Positions 22,666 to 31,747 of a DNA stretch of 46,172 bases are shown piece after piece. The notes beneath the pieces were generated by a model that saw only the letters and a program-made list of their open reading frames with translations, did not search any database and was not told where the DNA came from. The DNA comes from Stramenopiles sp. TOSAG23-2 (Eukaryota). The stretch is taken from positions 1 to 46,172 of the forward strand of contig LT649283.1 in NCBI GenBank assembly GCA_900128395.1. The letters run 5' to 3'. The first letter of the stretch is position 1. Each line of letters starts with the position of its first letter. Both the position numbers and the translations under genes were made by a program.

Positions 22666-23556
22666 CTAAAATCCAGACAACAAACCAGCAAGACCACCAC
22701 CACTTTTATCACTACCACCACCACCAGTACCACTACTAAACAACTGACTTTGTATATAAAATTGCCACCATATCATTTCTAAATCACCTTTTTTTTCAGC
22801 ATTATTCCATGGTTTTGGCGTGGAACTGAAATGTAATATTTTAATTGGTTTAATGGAATTCCAATAACCGGGTTGTTTCTCATATGTCATCCAATGCAAT
22901 GTTCGTTGTGCATTATATGCAAATGGTAAACGATGTTCTGAATTTAATTGATACCAATTTGGAAAATATGCATTTAAAAATCCTGTATCACCACCATCAT
23001 ATGATTTTAATTCAAATGTTTTACTTTTCATATCTTCGAAAATCTTATCAGATGGTTTAATAATTAATACACCTGCATTAAATTTATCAGGTGGAAATAC
23101 ATCTGGTGCAGCTGATAAATTTGGTTTATTAAATAAATGATCAATATTTTCCAATATACACGTATCTGCATCAATATAAACAATTTTATCATATTCCATT
23201 AAATTCCAAATATGTAATTTTGTATATCCAGCATTTACCCAACCTTTAATATGTACTTTTTGATTTGGATTTGGTATCGCATCGACTTTTAAAACATTTA
23301 CTGGCATGGATGGTGATGATAATTGTTCAATATTTTGAATTGTTTTTATTGATACTTGATTTGTTACTAATATAATAATTGGAAAATTTGTTGATGTTTG
23401 TTTTAATGTAAATATCATGGTTTGTAATCCCATGTAAAAATCATCCGAAGTAATTAATGTTGCATATGAATATTTGTTGTTTGTTGCTGTTGTTGTTGTT
23501 GTTTGATTGTTGTTATCATTGTTGTTGGTCTTTTTATCGATAGTAATGCTTGACAT
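22666..23556 (-). CDS. Glycogenin-like glycosyltransferase family 8
   Basis: YATL, YTKLHIWNL.EYDKIVYIDAD (DxD), FNAGV...PS, SYDGGDTGFLN and HF...KPW. Confidence 0.92.
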   Translation of the reverse strand: MSSITIDKKTNNNDNNNQTTTTTATNNKYSYATLITSDDFYMGLQTMIFTLKQTSTNFPIIILVTNQVSIKTIQNIEQLSSPSMPVNVLKVDAIPNPNQKVHIKGWVNAGYTKLHIWNLMEYDKIVYIDADTCILENIDHLFNKPNLSAAPDVFPPDKFNAGVLIIKPSDKIFEDMKSKTFELKSYDGGDTGFLNAYFPNWYQLNSEHRLPFAYNAQRTLHWMTYEKQPGYWNSIKPIKILHFSSTPKPWNNAEKKGDLEMIWWQFYIQSQLFSSGTGGGGSDKSGGGLAGLLSGF

Positions 23557-23805
23557 GGTTTATTTATATAGATCTTAATTGATATATATATATATATATA
23601 TGTACAACAATTCTTCTATGTCTTTGTACGTATAATATTATTAATAATAATATGTATGTATGTATCGTAGAGAAAACTAATAATTCTTTTTTTTATTACA
23701 GATATTATTATTATGCACTATGCACATCATATCACTACCAGGTATGGCTGCTGAAATAAGCCCTTTTTTAAAACAAAAAAATTATTATTACAAAAATTTA
23801 TCAAA

Positions 23806-23873
23806 TTTTTCATCTTATTTTTCATCTTATTTTTCATCTATTTTTCATCTATTTTTCATCTATTTTTCATCTA
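23806..23873. repeat. Minisatellite TTTTTCATCT(T)A x6
   Basis: Two 12-nt and four 11-nt units overlapping the 3' end of ORF 23860..24291(-). Confidence 0.9.
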
Positions 23874-24553
23874 TTTTTTCAGCCAATGTGCTAGTGCCTC
23901 GATCACCCATCATATTATTAGCCACTTGCTCATCCACATTGATAATCCTCGATTCTACGTCTTGTAAAGCTTCACTAACTTTACCATAAAATACTTTCAT
24001 TTGTTTAATAAAGGAATTAACCTGTTTGCCTTTATTCAGATATAACCAATTCTCATAGCCCTCAATGCTTGCTGTCTCAACACCATTGTCAACTGCAAAT
24101 GATATGGTCTTTTTATTCCTTTGAAGAAACAGCATAAAATGGTATCGTAGCTGTATTCGAGTTAGGGCACGAAACATCCCTTCTAACTCTTTTTTATGCA
24201 ATTCACATTGTTCATTTGTTGCATTAAATAGAACAAAACCTAGCCTTTGTTCCATTTGTGCAATTAATGCTTTTGCTACATGCTGAAACACTGTGATATA
24301 TTATGCATTAAATTTATTAAATTGATGCTATTTCCTAACTCCGTTGTATGTGTTGATGTAGCTGTAATAAACATATTACTATATGGATATACATGATTAT
24401 CAAATGATAATACAGATTGTGATAAAGATAAACAATTTGTGGTTAAATTTTCCGCTTTTTTGGCTATTTGTTTGCCTTTATGAATGCTTGACAAAAGCAT
24501 TGCAGATGGATCATTGTTTTTACTTTGGCTAATGTTTGGCATCTTTTTCAATT
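23860..24553 (-). pseudogene. 3' half of a disrupted WH2-repeat gene (one WH2 repeat plus an unknown helical C-terminal domain, frameshifted near 24295)
   Basis: ORF 24276..24563 begins LKKMPNISQSKNNDPSAMLLSSIHKGKQ (WH2-like) and overlaps out of frame with ORF 23860..24291, which has protein-like composition. Confidence 0.6.
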
Positions 24554-25039
24554 TTTGAAACATGCAAAGAAATTATGGCAACCATATCATGTAATGGATC
24601 AGAATATACAATTGTATTAGGAAAGAAAGTATTACAATTAAAAAAAGAAATAAAAAAAGATAAAACAAACTATAAAATACATGAATTGCAATTAAAGGAA
24701 CAAATAAAACAGTTGGAAATTGACAATGAAATTATGGTCAACATGTTAAAATTGAGATCAACAGAAATGGAAAGGATTTTGTATAACAACGATGTTGGAA
24801 AATACCATTATGCATGTGTTGATGCAATCGTTATGTTGAGCAAGAGCCAAGGTAAAAACAATGATCTGTCTGCAATGCAACGTTATGTTGAGCAAGAGCC
24901 AAGGTAAAAACAATGATCTGTCTGCAATGCTTTTGTCATGCATTCATAAAGGCAAACAATTGAAAAAGATGCCAAACATTAGCCAAAGTAAAACCAATGA
25001 TCTGTCTACAATGCTTTTGTCAAGCATTCATAAAGGCAA
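24472..25039. repeat. ~82-bp inverted repeat pair (24472-24553 vs 24958-25039)
   Basis: The reverse complement of 24472-24553 matches 24958-25039 with only about four substitutions. Confidence 0.92.
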
Positions 25040-25106
25040 GGTATTGAAAGAGATATTACCTTGTTTTGTTGTTAGTGTTTTTTGTAAGGTTCCGACAATA
25101 GCATAA
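24575..25106 (+). pseudogene. 5' half of the WH2-repeat gene (coiled coil plus two tandem WH2 motifs), frameshifted by a 52-bp duplication
   Basis: ATG at 24575, a heptad-rich region, then 84-bp repeats (24897, 24981) encoding SQ.K.NDLS.MLLS.IHKGK.LK. The sequence AGCCAAGGTAAAAACAATGATCTGTCTGCAATGC occurs at 24845 and 24897. Confidence 0.65.
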
Positions 25107-25478
25107 TAATAGCATGATAGAAGATACAGATATATAGCTAGGAATTTAGGAATAATTTTAAGGTTCCGACAATCTGAACAATAGCATAGCTATAGCTAAT
25201 AAGACAGAGAAGACGATACATTTATTATAACATCATATTTTTTCATATTATTTTAGTAGTATAGCTAAGCTATACACAATATATATATATATATAAATGC
25301 ATGCATACTACACATTGCCATTTACAAGTTATCAAGAGATAGAATGAAAGAATTTTATATTTAATTTATATATAATCAAGAAGATCAAATTTATATATAA
25401 TTCAACAACAGAAGATAATTCAATTACACCATAAACGATAATAAATTTAGAACGCACGGAACCTGTTATCACAACATC

Positions 25479-26737
25479 ATGTGGAAAGATACAACAATAT
25501 TATTTATTATTACCATTATATTATTTATATTTATAATTAATATTCAAAATACAGTATCATCATCAGCAATAATAACAAAACAAGATGCTAATAAAATAAA
25601 CAAATCATCACCATTTATCGTTGGTTTGACATATAACATCGATAAATCAACAACAACAACAACAACAAGAACGATGTTACGTCAGAAAAAACATATTTTA
25701 TTGAAACATCCAATTAATAATAATAATAATAATAATAACAACAATAATATTGCAGCACCACCAAGTGGAATATGTAAATTAGATATAAATACTGGGAATA
25801 TAACTTTACTTGAAAAATTTTTAGATGTTGTATATGTTATGGAAACGGCATATTCGCCAGAAGATCAAATATATTATTTATTAGTAAATGGATTTACATT
25901 AAAACGATTTTATTTAACAAATAATACATTTGCTAAAGATGATATTATAGTTGATATCAGTGATTGTGATGGTGGTTCTTCTTGTTTTAATGAAGTTCAT
26001 TTTGATTTGAAAAATAAACGTTTAATTGCTACTGGTGTTGGATATCCAAATGGTTTAGCAAATAGTATTGTTAGTATTGATATTCATACTGGTAAAGTGA
26101 AAAGTTTAGTGGAATTTTCAGTAGAATGTGGTGTATATTTAGAAGTAAGTAATAGTAAAATATTAATTCTTTCTATTTACATATATATATATATATATAC
26201 TAACAATTTAATACACACACACACACATAGTCATCAACGTATGATTCTAATATGAATAAACAATTTAGTTGGTTATCATGTTTAAATAATCCATATGTTG
26301 GTAATACATTATATATGTTTGATGTTATAACTGGTAGTAATGAAACGATTATGCAAACGGATCCACATACATTATTATCACCATTACTTGTTTCCGATAC
26401 ATTAAAAGAAATTATTGCGATTGATAATCGAAATAATTATTTAGTACGTATTGGTCAAAATACAAGTACAAAAATAAGTGACAATGATATTGGTGGTATA
26501 CCAGCAAATGATGGATTAGTTATGTTTGATACTATTAATACTAATAATGATGGAAATAATAATAATGGTCCAATTGTATATACAACAGTTGTTGATGGTA
26601 TGAAATCGAAATTAACAATTATCGATCATTTAACAAGTGACAATGGTAGGACGACGAGGACGACGACGATAGGTACGGTGCATACGATTGATGTAGAATG
26701 GACATTAAATTATATACATTTCGTGGAAGGTGTATAA
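25479..26737 (+). CDS. Secreted protein of unknown function, beta-propeller-like; 2 exons (25479-26144, 26231-26737), 390 aa
   Basis: Signal peptide and repeated [LI]D..TG blade-like motifs (LDINTG, IDIHTG, FDVITG). A phase-0 intron joins GVYLE|SSTYDSNMNK. Confidence 0.8.
26145..26230 (+). other. Spliceosomal intron (86 nt)
   Basis: GTAAGT donor, ACTAAC branch, ACATAG acceptor; in-frame join. Confidence 0.9.
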
Positions 26738-27251
26738 ATTGCTCTCATGCACCACCGCAAGCTAACCAATGAAACCAGCAGCTGCGGCTGCATCTGTGCA
26801 GGGTAGTGATCTTGAATGGTTAGTACGAGAGATACAACAACAAGAGAATTTTAAAATTATTTCATAAGCATAAAAAAAGAAGGGGAGAGAAGGTGCAGAA
26901 CAGAAAAGATTAAAATAAAAAAGTATACGAAGTATATAAAAACAGAGGGTAATATAATCTCCGAGCGTCAGTGTAATTAAATATAAAATATATCATATTA
27001 TTTTTTCATTTTCAACTTGAACTCATCTCTAATAGATTTCATTTCACCAGGTTATCAAAGTTCTATAGGTATTTTTCTGAATTATATAGAGCTCATCAAC
27101 AAATCAAAAATCAAAAAAAAAAATGATCAAAAAATCGGCCTCTATGAAATGAAATAGGATGTAAATAGCACTAGCCGTTGTGTTGCTGCTAATGCTGTGT
27201 TACTGCTATAAGTAAAGAACAAATAGAACCCTATTGACCAACACCTAGACA

Positions 27252-27290
27252 GGACATAGCATGGACATAGCATGGACATAGCATGGACAT
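27252..27290. repeat. 11-bp tandem repeat GGACATAGCAT x3.5
   Basis: Seen directly in intergenic DNA. Confidence 0.95.
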
Positions 27291-27651
27291 CACAATTCAC
27301 TGTCCATCCATCACACCAACACACGCACTGTTCTTTGAAAATTCCTTTTCCTATAGTATTCCCATACTAATAGACTTTCAACCGGTAAAGGAGTACAACC
27401 GCCTGTATTGAGTAGGTTACATAATTAATTGTCAATATATATATATATTTGATATATATATTATAGTATAATATATAATATATTTTTTTATATATATATA
27501 TTGACAATAAATAATGGAGGGGTAAGGGTACGAATAGATTTGTTCGCGCACCACTTCACCAATAAACATATAGACATCATCATCATCGTGTAACTCAGTA
27601 GATCAAATATTATGTACACAATAGTCAAAACAATATATAAATAATACAAAT

Positions 27652-28659
27652 ATGATGTTAACAAAAAATGATAATACAACTAAATCAATGATTACATTGA
27701 AACAATATATGGATGATCAAGAAAAAAAACATAATAATAATGTTGTAGTAAGAAAATCCAAATCATCATCCAATATTAGTATCATATCAAACACAAAAAC
27801 AAATAATATGAACATGATGAAACACAACAACAAAGAAAGAAATGCTGCTGCATCGCCTGATTATGAATATGGTATGCAAAACGATGATGAGGCCGATAGC
27901 AACAATGCTGCACCATTACCATGGTTATTGGAAGTAAATTCAAATTATACATCCTTACCAAAACGTGGACAAAAAAAACGTGGACCGAAAATTAAACGTG
28001 TCTTTCCATGGACTATTGAAACACAACATGATGCAAACGTTTTGAAACAACAACAAAATATATTTGAAGGTATTGATACAGAAAATATATTGAATACATT
28101 GCCACGTTTAAATGGCATTGAAATGTTCCGACCAGATTCACCAAAATTATTAATGAAAAGTACAGTAGAAAAGTACAAACAATTAATGTTACAAGAAGAT
28201 GCAGCAGTAGATGATGATGATGATAAAGAAGTAGCAGTTAGGAACAATTATGGTGATGACGATGATGGTAAATTTGATGAAGAAAACGAGAAGAAGAATG
28301 CATTATTATCACAAGATGTTGTAAATCGTAATACAACAAATATTATCCATGATGATTTAAGTAAAATGAAACATGAATTAAAATCATTAAAACGATCATT
28401 ACGTGTTAAATCATCATTAACATCAACTAATAGTAATAGTAATAATATGACGAATATGAAGAATGTTAATTATAGCATAGTAGGTAAAAGTAAAACACTT
28501 GAACGAATTGGATATCATATGAATAATAATAATAAGAAAAAACAAAAAAAGGAGAATAATAGTAGAAAACGACGACATTTACGTGCAAAATCATTACCAA
28601 AATTAAATAGTAAATTATTACCATCATCATTTAATAAAAAGAAGAAGAATCATGACTGA
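27652..28659 (+). CDS. Hypothetical, largely disordered protein (335 aa)
   Basis: A 1-kb ORF in very AT-rich DNA with codon usage like neighbouring genes; no recognisable domain. Confidence 0.7.
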   Translation: MMLTKNDNTTKSMITLKQYMDDQEKKHNNNVVVRKSKSSSNISIISNTKTNNMNMMKHNNKERNAAASPDYEYGMQNDDEADSNNAAPLPWLLEVNSNYTSLPKRGQKKRGPKIKRVFPWTIETQHDANVLKQQQNIFEGIDTENILNTLPRLNGIEMFRPDSPKLLMKSTVEKYKQLMLQEDAAVDDDDDKEVAVRNNYGDDDDGKFDEENEKKNALLSQDVVNRNTTNIIHDDLSKMKHELKSLKRSLRVKSSLTSTNSNSNNMTNMKNVNYSIVGKSKTLERIGYHMNNNNKKKQKKENNSRKRRHLRAKSLPKLNSKLLPSSFNKKKKNHD

Positions 28660-29594
28660 TGAAAAGTACAAACAAATAAATACGCGAACTCGGCAGAGAT
28701 ATTATGTATTATGTGTGTAAATATTAATCCATTTAATATTTATTTATTCAAATGATATCTCAAATTAAATGGTATATGATATCACATTAAAAGATACCAC
28801 ACCACGCCGCATTTTTTGTACATACTTTTTATTTTTTTTAATGCGTGTGTGTGTGTGTTTGTTTTGGAATAAAGGAGAGACAGAGGTTGTTATTCGAACT
28901 TCACGGGCCGGGAAGCGAGAGCAAAGTTGTTGTTTTTTATTATATCATACGAGTATCATATCATAAAATATAAAAGAAGTAGTTTATTAAATATTATTTA
29001 ATTTTAAATGTACACTTATATAAAATGAATGAGCTACTATATATTGGCTTGACATGCCTATACTCGCTCACCAGTTCACCACTCACTCGCTTTTTCACCT
29101 CAAAACTATTCAACTAAGACAAAAGACAAACGCACACAACCCGCATTTTATATTTACGTACACACTCAAACCATCAAAATATACACTCAATAACAAACAT
29201 TTATAAACAATAATATGCCAATTATTGAACCAAAACCTCTGGCGCCCAAAACCTCTCACTAAATTAAGGTACAATCATGAATGTAATGCCTGCTGTGATC
29301 CTGTGATCTTATGGTACGACTCCTTATATATTTTAGATGAAAGAAAAGGTAGTGCTGAGATGAATTATTATTATTATTACATCATGTATAATTATATATA
29401 CTTTAATATATAACTGTCATTTATAGAGATGTAATGTATATGTGTATATATATATATGACAAGAGAGGAGAGATCGATATACAGACATTTACTACTGTAT
29501 ATATATATATATATTATCAATAGATACAGATTTATTCGTTCATTTAATTACTACGTAAATATATTTTTGATTTGTTTATAATATAAACAATAAT

Positions 29595-31345
29595 ATGAAT
29601 GCAACAACAAATTACAATAGTATACCACCAATAACAGAATCTACACCAATCAAATCAACTATATATGCACAAGGGAAACAACGTGGTTATTCGACAACAA
29701 CGGCAACACCAGAACCATCCCCATTAGGTCTTGGAATTTTGAAAAGAAAATACAATCGAAGATGGTGGATGTTATTTGTTTCATGTTTGTTAAATGTTGC
29801 AAATTCATGTGTATGGATAGCAGTGCCTACGGTACAAAATTTATTAGCACAACAATATAATGTAGAACAGCATGCAATTGTACAATTAACAAATATAGCA
29901 TATTTATTATATTTACCTGGATCTATCATAGGATTTTATATTTTAGAAAAAGGTGGTGTAAGTAATATATATATCTAATATATATATATATATATTGTCA
30001 TTTTAAAAAAACAAATACAAAAACAAAAACAAAACAAATAATATTTATCAATATAATACCTAACATATAAACATCATATAATAATAATAATATAGGTTGC
30101 AATTTCAACTGGTATTGGTGGTGCATTGTTAACACTTTGTTGTTGGCTTCGTGTAACTTCCTCATATATTGGAATTTTTTGGATTGAAATTGTAGCATCA
30201 ATTATTTTTGCCATTGGACAACCTTTAGTTATGAATGGTGTATCGAAATTTAATATGAATTGGATGCAAGAAGATGAACGTTTCTTATCAACTATGATTT
30301 ACAATACAGTACCATCTTCACTTGGTGGTGCATTACTTGGTGCATTTGTTGGTAGTGGGATACAAAGTGTAGATGACATACCAATGTATTTTGTCATCGT
30401 AGCATCATTTGTGACATTTGTTACATTATTATATGCATTGACAATTAAAGAACGAGCACCATTTCCACCGTATGTTATCAAAAGCAATATTTATATATAT
30501 ATATATAATCAACATCTCTAACACACAAACACATACATATACACACAATATTTTTAATCACAACAAACAGAGATCGTAAAAAATCTCGTGCAGCAAGTTT
30601 AATGAAACAACACCATTTGAATCCAAAAGAATTAACTATATGGTGGACATTAACACAACGTTCATTTTTGATTTTAATATATAATGTAAGTGTACAAATT
30701 GGATTAATATGTGCATTATCTGCCATTTTGCCATTATACATGGATGCATTGAATTATACATTTCAAGAGACTGCAGCTATATTAAGTATGTTTTTGTTTT
30801 CTGGCATATCTGGCGTGATAATATTAGCACCTGCTACTGATCATTTACAAAATCATTGGGAAAATTCACCGAAACATTTATTGATTTTACTTGCTGCAAT
30901 TGGTGTTGCTGGTGCATTTAGTTTAATTACAAATAGTATGGAGAATAATTTTTCCGCCATTGCTATTTCTGTTTGCATGATTAGTGTTTCAATAACTAGT
31001 GGAATTCCATTGGCATTGGAGGAAGGTGCTTCAATTAATCCAAGCAAAGCTGGATTTAGTGCATCGATTATGATTAGTGCAGGGAATTTACTAGGTTATG
31101 GAACAGTTTATCTAACTGAATTTTTAAAAGCAAATGAGAATTATAACAAAGCAGGTTATATATTTTTAGCTTTATTAAGTATTCAATTTATTGCAAATTT
31201 ATTTATTGAATCAAAACGTAGTAGTAAATTTGATGATGATGACTCAGATTATGAACAATATAATGATGATGAAGAAACAGAAATTGATTATGTTGATGTT
31301 GATGGAGAGTATGATGTACAAAATTCAACTGTGTACAATGCGTAA
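29595..31345 (+). CDS. MFS transporter, FLVCR/SLC49-like; 3 exons (29595-29957, 30096-30469, 30571-31345), 503 aa
   Basis: Y.RRWWML...N...WI, AIGQP and W...ER..ST motifs with about 12 TM segments. Two GT-AG introns link three ORFs in frame (EKGG|VAISTG and PFPP|DRKK). Confidence 0.88.
29958..30095 (+). other. Spliceosomal intron (138 nt)
   Basis: GTAAGT donor, CCTAAC branch, ATATAG acceptor; phase 0. Confidence 0.88.
30470..30570 (+). other. Spliceosomal intron (101 nt)
   Basis: GTATGT donor, TCTAAC branch, AAACAG acceptor; phase 2, in frame. Confidence 0.88.
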
Positions 31346-31747
31346 AAAAAACAAAATTTGTAAAATGGTAATTATCATATATGCATACGATTTTTACGAT
31401 TCGTAAAAATGATGGGTACATAAAATATGTTGTGAGCATTTTAATATATTTAATTTATTATTCGTAAAAAATATATATCTAGTATTATCATATAAAATAT
31501 ATGTTTTACGTACATTTTAATTTTTGCATATGCATGTATGTTTTCTAATGATGGGTTGAAAAATAAAAAATAATTAAAATTTATACGAATTCGTACCACG
31601 CAATTCATTAACAATTTGTGTAAACACACACACACACACAAAGAATGCTTAAACGTATACAACCGTGTATTACACAACATGTAGAGACACAATGTCTCTC
31701 TACCGCTTTTGCGATTTTTATTTTTTTTATATATAAAAATTATTTTT

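Noticed and set aside
24822..25054. CRISPR-like array
   Set aside because: The repeats are contiguous coding units with no unique spacers, there are no cas genes, and the context is eukaryotic.
26742..26830. SECIS reading of the 3' stem-loop (ATGA...TGAT)
   Set aside because: Helix II does not pair properly, there is no apical AA, and the upstream gene has no in-frame TGA.
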